From NCBI GenBank assembly GCA_045545475.1, contig JAZQAZ010000009.1:1-63519 (forward strand): a DNA stretch of 63,519 nucleotides, read 5' to 3'. Position 1 is the stretch's first letter, and each line of letters begins with the position of its first letter. A model generated the notes under the pieces. The model was given only the letters and a program-made list of their open reading frames with translations, did not search any database and was not told where the DNA came from. The DNA comes from Clostridia bacterium. Lineage in GTDB: Bacteria; Bacillota; Clostridia; CAKSNL01; HGM11501. Shown piece by piece: positions 28,463 to 38,680 of this stretch. The position numbers were made by a program, and so were the translations under genes.

Positions 28463-29482
28463 ATGGAAATAAAGCAGATTATTTTTCCCGAAGTAAATAA
28501 AGTAGAAATTGTAACTAAAAATGAAGAATTAAAGCCAGGCTCGGTTTGCGTAAGAACTATGGTAAGTACGGTAAGCCCCGGAACAGAGAGAGCAAACATC
28601 ACAGGAGATTTAAATGTTTCGGCATCAACCGAGCCGCCTAAGGAAGCGGTTTTCCCCAGGGTTTCAGGCTACAGCTCCGCAGGTATTGTTGAAGCTGTTG
28701 GCGAATGTGTTAAGGATTTTAAGGTGGGTGACCGTGTTGCCCTTTACTGGAGTTTACACAAAGACTATAATATAGTGGCAAGAAATCAGGTTGTGAAAAT
28801 CCCGTCGGAGGATATATCGTATAACGAAGCAGCACTTTCTTTTATATCCACATTCCCCATGGCGGCAATAAGAAAAACCCGTCTGGAAATGGGAGAAAGT
28901 GCCCTTGTAATGGGACTTGGAACGCTTGGACAGATTGCGGTAAGGCTTCTTAAGGCGTCGGGGGCAACTCCTATAATTGCAGCGGACCCCATAAAGGAAA
29001 AAAGAGATGCGGCCTTGATGGGCGGTGCAGATTACGCACTTGATCCTTTAGAAAACGGCTTTGCCGAAAAGGTAAAGGAGCTTACCGGCGGAGGAGCAAA
29101 GGTAGCAATTGAAGTAACCGGTGTTGGGGCAGGACTTTCAGGTGCTCTCGACTGTATGGCCGGGTTTGGAAGGGTTGCACTCCTTGGATGTACAAGAGAT
29201 AAAAACTTTACGATAGACTATTACAGAAAGGTGCATGCACCGGGCATCAGCTTAATCGGTGCACATACTATTGCACGCCCTGAGCATGAATCATCCCCCG
29301 GTTTATTTACCCACCGTGACGATATGATAGCGGTATTAAATCTTTTGAAATACAAGAGAATTTCCTTTGATGATATGCTTGGCGAGGTTTATTCCCCTGC
29401 TGATTGCGAAAAGGTCTACGACAGACTTATAAATGATAAAAATTTCCCTGCAGTAGTGCAGTTTGACTGGAGGATGCTTTGA
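28463..29482 (+). CDS. MDR-family dehydrogenase lacking canonical Zn ligands
   Basis: SPGTE and GYS in place of C..D/GHE; GLGTLG nucleotide-binding motif. Confidence 0.8.
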   Translation: MEIKQIIFPEVNKVEIVTKNEELKPGSVCVRTMVSTVSPGTERANITGDLNVSASTEPPKEAVFPRVSGYSSAGIVEAVGECVKDFKVGDRVALYWSLHKDYNIVARNQVVKIPSEDISYNEAALSFISTFPMAAIRKTRLEMGESALVMGLGTLGQIAVRLLKASGATPIIAADPIKEKRDAALMGGADYALDPLENGFAEKVKELTGGGAKVAIEVTGVGAGLSGALDCMAGFGRVALLGCTRDKNFTIDYYRKVHAPGISLIGAHTIARPEHESSPGLFTHRDDMIAVLNLLKYKRISFDDMLGEVYSPADCEKVYDRLINDKNFPAVVQFDWRML

Positions 29483-30483
29483 TGAGAAGAATAAAGGCAG
29501 TACAAATCGGCCTCGGTCATGACCATGCCCCGGCACCCTTTGTGACAATGCCCTACTTAAGCGATTTATTTGAGCTTTGCGGCCTTGTAATTCCGTCAGA
29601 GGAAGAAGGAAAATATGACAGAAAGAAAGGGGCTGTAAAGCTTCCTTTACTGACTCTTTCCGAGGCACTTGAAAATGAAGAAATCGAAGCGGTATTTATC
29701 GAAACCGAAGAAAAATATCTTACGAAATACTCCATTTTATCCTTAAAGGCTGGAAAGCACGTTTATATGGATAAGCCCGGTGGAAGCGACCACGAGGAGT
29801 TTTTAGAGGCAATACGCCTTGCAAAGGAAAAGAAAAAGGTTCTTCATATGGGCTATATGTACCGTTATAACCCGGTAATTTCCGATTTAATGAAGAAAAT
29901 CAAAGAAGGCTACTTAGGTGAAATATTCAGCGTTGAAGCACAGATGAACGGCATTTCTCCCCCCACGGAGGAAAAGCGTCATTGGCTTTCCGGCATCGAC
30001 GGCGGAATGATGTACTTTTTAGGCTGCCATATGGTTGACCTTGTAATAAGCATTTTGGGTGAGCCTGAGGAAATTATCCCCCATAATATAGCAACGGGAC
30101 ATTCTGGCAAAGTGGTAAATGACTACGGTCTTGCGATTTTTAAATATAAAAACGCACAGGCTATTGTTAAAAGCTCTGCCGCAGAATACGGCGGTTTCCC
30201 GAGAAGACAGCTTGTTGTGTGCGGAAGCAAGGGAACTGCTGAGGTTAAGCCTCTTGAAATGCATTCAGGCGGTGATGCTCACCACACAACCGTTTGCTAT
30301 TATATGAATCCAGTGTGGAATGACAGGGGAGAAACTCTGGTAAGCGAAGAATATGACCGCTATAAAGCGTTGATTGAGTCCTTCGGTCTTGAAATACTTG
30401 GCGAAATAGAAAATCCCTACACGGCGGAATATGAAATTGCAGTCCATAAGGCAACCCTTAAGGCGGCAGGAATTATAAAGTGA
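29482..30483 (+). CDS. Gfo/Idh/MocA oxidoreductase
   Basis: AGKHVYMDKP, YMYRYNP, LGCHMVD. Confidence 0.85.
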   Translation: MRRIKAVQIGLGHDHAPAPFVTMPYLSDLFELCGLVIPSEEEGKYDRKKGAVKLPLLTLSEALENEEIEAVFIETEEKYLTKYSILSLKAGKHVYMDKPGGSDHEEFLEAIRLAKEKKKVLHMGYMYRYNPVISDLMKKIKEGYLGEIFSVEAQMNGISPPTEEKRHWLSGIDGGMMYFLGCHMVDLVISILGEPEEIIPHNIATGHSGKVVNDYGLAIFKYKNAQAIVKSSAAEYGGFPRRQLVVCGSKGTAEVKPLEMHSGGDAHHTTVCYYMNPVWNDRGETLVSEEYDRYKALIESFGLEILGEIENPYTAEYEIAVHKATLKAAGIIK

Positions 30484-30491
30484 GGTAAATT

Positions 30492-31475
30492 ATGAAAGCG
30501 ATACTTGTAAATGATGATAAGTCCTTAAGATGGGACGAGGTTGAAAATCCCGTAATAAAGCCCGATGAGGTATTGGTTGAAATCCACGCCGCTGCACTTA
30601 ACCGTGCAGATTTGATGCAAAGAGAAGGAGACTATCCTCCGCCCCCCGGATGCCCCGAATGGATGGGACTTGAAATTGCAGGCGTAATAAAGGAAGTAGG
30701 TTCTGTTGCCAAGGAAAAATCCAACTGGAAGGTGGGAGACAAGGTTTGTGCACTTCTTGGCGGTGGCGGCTATGCAGAATTTGTCAGCGTAAGATATGAT
30801 ATGTTAATGCCGGTACCTGCTAACTGCACAATGGTTGAAGCATCCGCCATTCCCGAAGCTTTTGCAACGGCTTATCTTAATCTTTTCATCGAAGGCGGAA
30901 TAAAGGAAGGAAACACCCTTTTAATGAATGCAGGTGCCAGCGGACTTGCAAGCGTAATTATTCCTATGGCAAAGGCTTTCGGCGTAAGGGTTATCACAAC
31001 GGTACTGACAGAAGACAAAAAGGAAGCAATAGCCCATCTCAACGCCGACAGAGTGGTAGTATCGGAGAAAGAAGATATAGTTGAGGTTCTTAAGGAAGAA
31101 CTCAGTGCAGGTCACGGCGTTGATGTTGCAATTGACTGTCTTGGCGGAGATTTTATGGGCAAGTGCATCCACTACCTGACACACGGTGCACGCTGGATAA
31201 TGATTGCAGCCCTTGCAGGCACGAAAACAGAAATTGACTTAAAGAACATATATGTAAGAAATGTCAGAATAATCGGAAGCACACTGCGTTCAAGAACTCC
31301 CGATATGAAGGCGTTTATCCTTTCTGAGCTTGTTAAAAACGTATACCCGAAAATTGAAGCGGGACAGGTCATGCCCACAATTTACAAGGTTTTACCCATA
31401 ACCGAGGCAGAAAGTGCCCACGAAATTTTATACCGCGGAGAAAATGTGGGCAAGGTGGTACTTACAGTTAAGTAA
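30492..31475 (+). CDS. NAD(P)H:quinone oxidoreductase, PIG3 family
   Basis: LNRADLMQREG.YPPP, LLGGGGYAE, GSTLRSR. Confidence 0.9.
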   Translation: MKAILVNDDKSLRWDEVENPVIKPDEVLVEIHAAALNRADLMQREGDYPPPPGCPEWMGLEIAGVIKEVGSVAKEKSNWKVGDKVCALLGGGGYAEFVSVRYDMLMPVPANCTMVEASAIPEAFATAYLNLFIEGGIKEGNTLLMNAGASGLASVIIPMAKAFGVRVITTVLTEDKKEAIAHLNADRVVVSEKEDIVEVLKEELSAGHGVDVAIDCLGGDFMGKCIHYLTHGARWIMIAALAGTKTEIDLKNIYVRNVRIIGSTLRSRTPDMKAFILSELVKNVYPKIEAGQVMPTIYKVLPITEAESAHEILYRGENVGKVVLTVK

Positions 31476-31577
31476 ACGTGTTCGGATGCTAACGCATTTG
31501 CTTAAAGAATAATGTTGATTTTTGTCCGTCCGTATGGTATAATACGGACGGATTTTTTATTGGAAAGAGACGGTAAA

Positions 31578-32936
31578 ATGATTAAAGATAAAGCTTTTTA
31601 CAGAGAGTTTTTCAGCCTTTATGTTATGCTTGTGCTTCAGAATGTGATAGTTCTCGGCGTAAATTTAGCTGACAATATAATGATAGGCTCTTACAGCGAA
31701 ACGGCACTTTCCGGAGTTGCGGCGGTAAACCAGATTCAGTTTGTGTTTCAGCAGATTATTATGGGCTGCGGCGATGCAATCGTTGTTCTCGGAAGTCAGT
31801 ACTGGGGGCAGAAAAGATGCAAAGAAGTTAATAAAATTTCATTTTCTGCCATGACGTTGGCACTTTTAGCTGCAGCCATCCTTTTCACCCTTGCCCTTTT
31901 TATTCCTGAAAAGGTTGTGGGAATTTTTACACCCACCGAGGCAATTGTGGCATCTGGCGTTGAGTATATAAATATCATAAAATACACCTACATAATTTTC
32001 GCAATCACAAACGTGCTTCTTGCGACTTTAAGATGTGTGGAAACGGTAAAAATCGCCTTTTTAGTTTCCCTTGCAACGCTTTTTATAAACTGCTCCATAA
32101 ATTTTGTTTTAATCGAAGGTCGCTTCGGCTTTCCCGAGCTTGGCGTAACGGGTGCGGCAATAGGAACGCTTACGGCAAGAATAATAGAACTTGTTATCGT
32201 TATAATTTATGTTGCATTTTACGATAAAAAGCTTAAGATAAAGCTTACTGAGTACATAAAGATAGATAACAAGCTTTATTCCGACTATATAAAAATTGCC
32301 CGCTCTGTTGTATTGGTTGCGGCAATGTTCGGCGTATCAACGGCGCTTCAGACCGTAATCTTAGGTCATATGTCCGATGCGGCAATTGCGGCAAATTCCG
32401 TATCCACATCCCTTTTCCAGACCCTTAAGGTGGCATCCATCGGTGCATCTGCCGCAACGAGCGTCATCATAGGAAAGGCTGTGGGAACAGGAAACATAGA
32501 AAAGGTTAAAAGCTATACAAAAACCCTTCAGATTATGTTTATCATAATAGGAGCTGTTACAAGCACTCTTTTATTCTTCTTAAGGATTCCGATTTTGTCT
32601 CTTTATGATTTAAGCGAGGAAACAAAATATCTTGCTAATGCATTTATTTTGGTGCTTTGTGTAACGGGCTTTGGTACGGCATATCAGATGCCTGCATTAA
32701 CCGGTATAGTAAGGGGCGGGGGAGATCCCGACTTTATCTTGAAAAACGATATTATAAGCATATGGTGCATCGTTCTTCCTGTGTCATTTCTTGCGGCGTT
32801 CTACTGGCACTGGCATCCCATTGCCGTGGTGTTCTGCTTAAACGCCGATCAGATTTTCAAATGCGGTGCGGCGGCAATTAAAACCAACAGCTACACCTGG
32901 ATAAAAAGCCTTACAAGGGAGACGAAAAATGGATAA
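31578..32936 (+). CDS. MATE family efflux transporter
   Basis: DNIMIG, SQYWG, FGFPELGVTGAAIGT, RGGGD. Confidence 0.9.
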   Translation: MIKDKAFYREFFSLYVMLVLQNVIVLGVNLADNIMIGSYSETALSGVAAVNQIQFVFQQIIMGCGDAIVVLGSQYWGQKRCKEVNKISFSAMTLALLAAAILFTLALFIPEKVVGIFTPTEAIVASGVEYINIIKYTYIIFAITNVLLATLRCVETVKIAFLVSLATLFINCSINFVLIEGRFGFPELGVTGAAIGTLTARIIELVIVIIYVAFYDKKLKIKLTEYIKIDNKLYSDYIKIARSVVLVAAMFGVSTALQTVILGHMSDAAIAANSVSTSLFQTLKVASIGASAATSVIIGKAVGTGNIEKVKSYTKTLQIMFIIIGAVTSTLLFFLRIPILSLYDLSEETKYLANAFILVLCVTGFGTAYQMPALTGIVRGGGDPDFILKNDIISIWCIVLPVSFLAAFYWHWHPIAVVFCLNADQIFKCGAAAIKTNSYTWIKSLTRETKNG

Positions 32937-33744
32937 TCTTCAGAATCTTCACACTCATTCAACCTACTGTGACGGAAAACATACTTTAGAAGAAATGGTG
33001 AATTACGCCGTAAAAAAGGGTTTTTCTTCCCTGGGCTTTTCGGGGCATTCATATATGTTTTTTTCAGAAAGCTATTCGATGAGTTTATCGGGCACCGAGG
33101 AATATAAAAAGGAAGTTTCTTATCTTAAAGAAAAATACAAAGGGAAAATCGATATATTCTGCGGACTTGAATTTGAAAAGTATTCAAAGGTGGAACTTAA
33201 GGACTATGACTACATAATAGCATCAAGCCACTATTTTAAGATAGGGGATAGCTATGTAGGCTTTGACCGTTCAAAGGACGAGGTTAAAAGGGTGATTGAC
33301 ACATACTTTGAAGGAAGCGGAATTTCCTTTGCAAAGGCATACTACAGTGAGGTTGCAGAACTTCCGTCTTATGGAAAATTCGATATATTGGGGCATTTTG
33401 ACCTAGCTGCAAAAACTGTGGAGCAGGGACACTTTTTCGATATTGAAAGCAGGGAATACTTAGATGCGGCAATTACGGCAATTGATGCCGTATCAGGTAA
33501 AATTCCCTTTTTCGAGGTAAACACCGGGGCAATTTCAAGGGGCTACAGACACCTTCCTTATCCGTCCATTACCCTGATGAAGGAGTTTAAGAAAAGGGGC
33601 TTTGGTGCTGTGATAAGCTCCGACTGTCACGACGGGGAGCATCTTGATACGGGCTTTTTCCTTGCAAGAGAGCTTCTTACAGAATCTGGCTTTACAGAGA
33701 AATATATACTTACCGAAAGCGGCTTTAAAGCCGTAAGCTTATGA
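32929..33744 (+). CDS. PHP-family phosphatase (histidinol-phosphatase HisJ/HisK-like)
   Basis: NLHTHSTYCDG, GFSGH, GHFD, EVNTG, SSDCH. Confidence 0.85.
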   Translation: MDNLQNLHTHSTYCDGKHTLEEMVNYAVKKGFSSLGFSGHSYMFFSESYSMSLSGTEEYKKEVSYLKEKYKGKIDIFCGLEFEKYSKVELKDYDYIIASSHYFKIGDSYVGFDRSKDEVKRVIDTYFEGSGISFAKAYYSEVAELPSYGKFDILGHFDLAAKTVEQGHFFDIESREYLDAAITAIDAVSGKIPFFEVNTGAISRGYRHLPYPSITLMKEFKKRGFGAVISSDCHDGEHLDTGFFLARELLTESGFTEKYILTESGFKAVSL

Positions 33745-33752
33745 GGTGAAAT

Positions 33753-34862
33753 ATGGCTGAACTTATAGAAGGCTTTATGAATTTAAGCCTGATAACAAAA
33801 ATAATGCTTGTCTTTTCTATCATTGCGGCACTTGACCGTATTATAGGGAACAAATTCGGTCTCGGCAAGGAATTCGAGCGCGGCTTTATGCTGATGGGCG
33901 TAATGATGCTCACAATGACGGGTATGATAATAATATCACCCCTTCTTTCCAAAATGCTGGAGCCTTGCTTTTCAGGCATTTACAACCTTTTCGGAATTGA
34001 TCCATCAGTAATTCCTGCATCACTTTTCGCAAACGATATGGGCGGTGCACCTCTTTCTCGTGATGTGGCGATGAATCCTGAGGTTGGAATGTTTAACGCC
34101 CTTATAACCTCATCAATGATGGGCGCAACCATTTCCTATACCATTCCTTTTTCATTGGGAACAGTTAAAAAGGAGCAGCATAAGGAGCTTATCGTAGGGC
34201 TTTTGTGCGGTATCGTTACAATTCCCATCGGGTGCTTTGTGGGCGGCCTTATGTGCAGAATAAACATTTTAACTCTGCTTTTAAACATTTTGCCTCTTGT
34301 GATTTTTTCACTTCTTATTGCACTGGGGCTTTTCTTTTTCCCTGATTTATCGGTTAAAGTTTTTTCATGGGTAGGAAAGATAATAACCGTGATTATAACG
34401 GTGGGATTGGTCCTTGGCGGAATTGAATTTCTGACAAAGGCAAAAATAACGGACTCTCTCGTTTCGATTGAAGAAGGTACTTATGTGTGTATGAACGCAT
34501 CAATTGTTATGTCGGGGGCGTTTCCGCTTATATATGTTATATCGAAAATTCTCCGTAAGCCCATGGAAAAGCTGGGAGAAAAGATGGGCATAAACAGCGA
34601 CTCTGCCATAGGCTTTGTGTCAACATTGGCAACCAATGTAACAACACTTGGCAATATGGAAAAAATGGATAAAAAGGGAGCGGTATTAAATTCTGCCTTC
34701 CTGGTTTCCGCCGCTTTCACCTTTGCGGGGCATCTTGCTTTTACCCTTGCCTTTGACGGGGCATACATCTATCCCATGATAGTGGGAAAGGTGACGGCCG
34801 GCATAATGGCGGTTTTCGTTGCAATGATTATTTATAAGAGAATATATGAAAAAGAGCTGTAA
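33753..34862 (+). CDS. eutH: Ethanolamine utilization transporter EutH-like
   Basis: DRIIGNKFGLG.EF..G, ANDMGG, MMGATI.YTIP, AF.VSAAF...GHL.F. Confidence 0.85.
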   Translation: MAELIEGFMNLSLITKIMLVFSIIAALDRIIGNKFGLGKEFERGFMLMGVMMLTMTGMIIISPLLSKMLEPCFSGIYNLFGIDPSVIPASLFANDMGGAPLSRDVAMNPEVGMFNALITSSMMGATISYTIPFSLGTVKKEQHKELIVGLLCGIVTIPIGCFVGGLMCRINILTLLLNILPLVIFSLLIALGLFFFPDLSVKVFSWVGKIITVIITVGLVLGGIEFLTKAKITDSLVSIEEGTYVCMNASIVMSGAFPLIYVISKILRKPMEKLGEKMGINSDSAIGFVSTLATNVTTLGNMEKMDKKGAVLNSAFLVSAAFTFAGHLAFTLAFDGAYIYPMIVGKVTAGIMAVFVAMIIYKRIYEKEL

Positions 34863-34865
34863 TTT

Positions 34866-35687
34866 TTACAGCTCTTTTCTGTACCTTCCGGGACTTGTTT
34901 TCATAATTTTTTTAAACACACGGCAAAAGCTTTTTGAGTCGGCAAAGCCAACCTGAAATGCAACCTCATCAAGCATTGCTCTGCTTTCCTTAAGGTGAAT
35001 ACAGGCAATTTCCACGCGGTGGCGGTTAAGCACACTGTAAAATGTTTCCCCGGTGATTTTTTTAAATACTCTGCAGAAATTGCTCTTGCTGTATCCGCAT
35101 TCTTCCGATACATAGTCGATATTTAACGGCTTTGAATATTCTTTGTATATAATCTGAATTGCCTTTTCTACTCTTATGATATCGCGTATGTCCTTCGACT
35201 GAATATCTGTATTTTCGTTTTTGGCAAAATCACGTATAAGAATGTGACATATCTTGAAAATATTTCCTTTTACGGCAAGATCCGAAAATTCCGTGCGGTT
35301 TGTCATTAAAAATGCGGTTTCGTTAAGGAGTGTACGGAGCTTTATTCCTGCATCACTGTTCTCGCACTTTTCTATAAGAACATTAAAGTTGAATTTCATA
35401 AATAAATCAAAGTGTTTTGAAAGTAATCCCGGGCCGGTTTCTATGGTAAGCATTTTTGCTTTTTTTGGTGATTTGATTTCGTGAGATGCCATAGGCTTGA
35501 CAAAAGCGAGGTCTCCTTCTTTCAGCACATATTTTCTGTTGTCGATTATTATTTCATATTCGCCCTCTATGCAATAGCTTAATTCTATTTCGGGATGTCT
35601 GTGAATGGGGAAATCCTCGGAGGGTCCTGAAGATACAAAGTATGCATCTTTGTCAGCAAGCAATTTCTGGTAAATCAAATTAATCAA
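34866..35687 (-). CDS. AraC family regulator
   Basis: HRHPEIEL; VGFADSKSFCRVFKK...SP. Confidence 0.9.
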   Translation of the reverse strand: MINLIYQKLLADKDAYFVSSGPSEDFPIHRHPEIELSYCIEGEYEIIIDNRKYVLKEGDLAFVKPMASHEIKSPKKAKMLTIETGPGLLSKHFDLFMKFNFNVLIEKCENSDAGIKLRTLLNETAFLMTNRTEFSDLAVKGNIFKICHILIRDFAKNENTDIQSKDIRDIIRVEKAIQIIYKEYSKPLNIDYVSEECGYSKSNFCRVFKKITGETFYSVLNRHRVEIACIHLKESRAMLDEVAFQVGFADSKSFCRVFKKIMKTSPGRYRKEL

Positions 35688-35824
35688 CTCCTCTTAAAAA
35701 CAGTATAACACCAAGAAAAAGTCAAATCAATACATTTGTGAATATTTGCGAATTTTTTAAGAATAAACATCCTTGCCGAAGAAAAAGTAAGGATGTATAC
35801 TTGAAGTAAACAGGAGGGATTTAT

Positions 35825-37120
35825 ATGAAAGACCTATTTATGGGGGCAGCCCGTGAAGTAATAACACCGAAAGTCGGAGCTCTTTTATACGGATATGTTC
35901 CCGATTTACATTCTGAAAAGGTGGCAGATGAACTTACGGCAACCGCATTTTATTTCAGACAAGGGGAAAAAGAGGCCCTTATGATAAGCCTTGCGGTGTG
36001 CCAGATAAATACAGCTCTTTCTGACAGGATAAGGGATTTAATTGAAGAAAAGTTCAATATTCCCGAGGAAAACTGCATTTTAGCCGCATTTCACACTCAT
36101 TCGGGACCTAATGTTGCGGGAACCGAGGGATGGGGAGATATTGACAGAGATTACTGTGATGAAATTTTCATTCCGGGAATAATTAGGGCTACAGAAGCGG
36201 CTGTTAAAAAGGCAGAAAGAGTGAGAGCTGGCGTTTCCAAAGGAGAATCCCTTGTGGGGGTAAACCGCCGTGAAATAAGAGCAAACAATAAAATTGACTT
36301 CGGTCAGAATCCGTGGGGATGTTTCAATCCCAGAATGACGGTAATATCGTTCAAAAACGATGAGGGCAATGTTGTTGCCAACATTATCCATTACGGAGCA
36401 CATTGCACCGCAGCAGGCAGAAACACCGAAATAAGCCGTGACTGGGCGGGGGTTATGGTTGACTCTCTCGAAAAGGAAAGCGGAGGAATTACTGCATTTT
36501 TCAACGGTGCAGAAGGAGATGTGGGGCCGAGACTTTCAAACGGTGGTACGACAGGCGATATGAGCCATGTAAAGGAAACAGGAGAAATTGCAGGTCGTGA
36601 TGCGGTGAGAATTTTTAAGGAAATAAAGGATTTTTATCCTGCAGAGCTTAAAGCATCGCAAGCTGTGATTGAAATTCCACTTAAAAAGAGACTTTCAAAA
36701 GAAGAAGCAAAGGAAATGTACGAAGCATATAAACATCATACGGTAAATGTATGGGGAATGACGAGAGTGCATCTTGAAAAAGTTATTGCATCCTATGAAG
36801 AAGGCTATGAGGATAAAGAGTTTATCGAAATCCCTCAGGTTGTAATAGGAATAGGTAACGTATTTTTTGCATCAACACCATTTGAACCTTTTTCCGAAAT
36901 CGGATTGAGGGCGGATAAAATGGCAGAGGACGCCGAGGTTTTAATGCTTTCAAATGCAAACGGCTCTGAAGGCTATTTTATAACGGAAGATGCTCTTTGC
37001 CGCGGAGGATACGAAGTAAATATGTGGTTATACAAGGATATTCAGCCTTATTCCGACGATGCGGACTGGCATCTTGCAATGCGCACGGCTGAACATATAA
37101 AGAAAGTAAAGGAGAGTTAA
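35825..37120 (+). CDS. Neutral/alkaline ceramidase-like hydrolase
   Basis: ITP, HTHSGP, NRR, YGAHCT, NGAEGDV, PFEPF, ANG..GY, GGYE. Confidence 0.75.
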   Translation: MKDLFMGAAREVITPKVGALLYGYVPDLHSEKVADELTATAFYFRQGEKEALMISLAVCQINTALSDRIRDLIEEKFNIPEENCILAAFHTHSGPNVAGTEGWGDIDRDYCDEIFIPGIIRATEAAVKKAERVRAGVSKGESLVGVNRREIRANNKIDFGQNPWGCFNPRMTVISFKNDEGNVVANIIHYGAHCTAAGRNTEISRDWAGVMVDSLEKESGGITAFFNGAEGDVGPRLSNGGTTGDMSHVKETGEIAGRDAVRIFKEIKDFYPAELKASQAVIEIPLKKRLSKEEAKEMYEAYKHHTVNVWGMTRVHLEKVIASYEEGYEDKEFIEIPQVVIGIGNVFFASTPFEPFSEIGLRADKMAEDAEVLMLSNANGSEGYFITEDALCRGGYEVNMWLYKDIQPYSDDADWHLAMRTAEHIKKVKES

Positions 37121-37121
37121 T

Positions 37122-38294
37122 ATGTACAGAATAGGAATTGAAGAAATAAACGAGCTGAAAAAGGTAATTGAATCGGGAGATCTTTTTAAAATAAACGACG
37201 GAATCCGTGAATCACGTAAGGTTGAAGATAAGCTGAAATCAATTTTCAAAGCGGAATATTCCATTTTTATGACAAGCGGTCACGCAGCACTTACTTCTGC
37301 CCTGGTGGCTCTCGGAATAGGCCCCGGAGATCAGGTTATAGTTCCTGCCTATACATACATAGCAACGGCAATAGCGGTTGTTGCAGCCGGTGCGATTCCG
37401 GTTATTGCCGAGGTTGACGATACGCTTACCATATCGCCCGCTGATATAGAAAGAAAAATAACACCTGCAACAAAGGCTGTTATGCCGGTTCATATTCAGG
37501 GCTTCCCCTGTAATATGGATGCTGTAAGGGAAATTGCGAAAAGGCATAATCTCTTTGTTATAGAAGACGCCTGTCAGGCTGTGGGCGGAAAATATAAGGA
37601 TAAGTATCTTGGTGCAATAGGCGATGCGGGGGCATTCAGCTTTAACTATTTCAAAATTGCAAGCTGCGGTGAAGGGGGAGGCTTTCTTACAAACAATAAA
37701 GATGCTTTTGAACGAGCCCTTATTTATCACGACAGCAGTGCAATAGCATTTTTCGGAGACCAGCTGGATGGTGTTTCAACGCCCAATTTCTGCGGGCAGG
37801 AATTTCGCTCCAACGAAATTTGTGCGGCGGTTTTAAATATTCAGCTTGATCGCCTGGATGGAATTTTAACCGATTTAAGGAAAAATAAAAAGTATCTTAT
37901 GGAAAAACTTTCCGACGTGGCAACATTTATTCCGTCAAATGACATAGAAGGGGATTGCGGAACTACCCTTGCATTCAGCTTTGATTCAGCAGATAAAGCG
38001 TGGAATTTTGCCTATGCTGAAGGAATAAGAGGGACAATTCCCATAAGAACCGGCAAGCACGTTTACCGTAATTGGGATTGTGTTATGGAAAAGAGGGGGG
38101 CTTTTAATCCGCTTATGGATCCCTTCCGTATGGAAGCCAACAAGGGGATAATTCCCGATTACCGCGAGGATATGTGCCCTGAAACCCTTGATAAGCTTTC
38201 AAAGGTTGTGTATATGAGTATGAATCCCGATGCAACAAAGGAAGAGCTTGATGCTACGGTTGAAGCAGTGAGAAAGGCAATTGCCGGACTTTAA
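37122..38294 (+). CDS. DegT/DnrJ/EryC1/StrS sugar aminotransferase
   Basis: GIGPGDQVIVPAYT, EDACQA, FSFNYFK (PLP Lys), GEGG. Confidence 0.9.
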   Translation: MYRIGIEEINELKKVIESGDLFKINDGIRESRKVEDKLKSIFKAEYSIFMTSGHAALTSALVALGIGPGDQVIVPAYTYIATAIAVVAAGAIPVIAEVDDTLTISPADIERKITPATKAVMPVHIQGFPCNMDAVREIAKRHNLFVIEDACQAVGGKYKDKYLGAIGDAGAFSFNYFKIASCGEGGGFLTNNKDAFERALIYHDSSAIAFFGDQLDGVSTPNFCGQEFRSNEICAAVLNIQLDRLDGILTDLRKNKKYLMEKLSDVATFIPSNDIEGDCGTTLAFSFDSADKAWNFAYAEGIRGTIPIRTGKHVYRNWDCVMEKRGAFNPLMDPFRMEANKGIIPDYREDMCPETLDKLSKVVYMSMNPDATKEELDATVEAVRKAIAGL

Positions 38295-38311
38295 TATGGA
38301 AATGTGATTAA

Positions 38312-38359
38312 AAAAAGCGACTTTCAGATTAGAAATTTCTAATCTGAAAGTCGCTTTTT
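38312..38359. terminator. Perfect 48-bp palindrome acting as probable terminator
   Basis: AAAAAGCGACTTTCAGATTAGAAA|TTTCTAATCTGAAAGTCGCTTTTT with no spacer. Confidence 0.8.
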
Positions 38360-38589
38360 ATCAGCTTTAACGGTGGGCGAAAAAACGCTGTTCGCGTTTT
38401 TCAATTTGTCTGCCTCCGCTTGAACGTAAGAAAACTTTTGTTTTCTTTTAGTACCCGAAAAATCTTGTTTAGATTTTTAACCGGGTACTACCTTACTCCG
38501 CATCGGCTTTGTTGCCGAATGCTCCGCACGGCTCCGACAGACTCTCGCAAAAAAATCTTTGTTGATTTTTTCTGCTAAAAGTCGCTTTT
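38347..38589. other. Structured non-coding insert (MITE-like or ncRNA) bounded by 12-bp direct repeats
   Basis: AAAGTCGCTTTT at 38347-38358 and 38578-38589; five hairpins, four with TGTT-containing loops; four CTCCG motifs. Confidence 0.6.
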
Positions 38590-38680
38590 GTGCACTTTTA
38601 GGCAAATCAGGTCTTGATTGTCTATTTAAAATCATGTAAACTTATGTTATGATGATTATGAAATAGGGTTGGTGGTAAAT

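Noticed and set aside
35825-37120. Firm call as a true ceramidase
   Set aside because: The motifs support the fold only; substrate cannot be inferred from the sequence.
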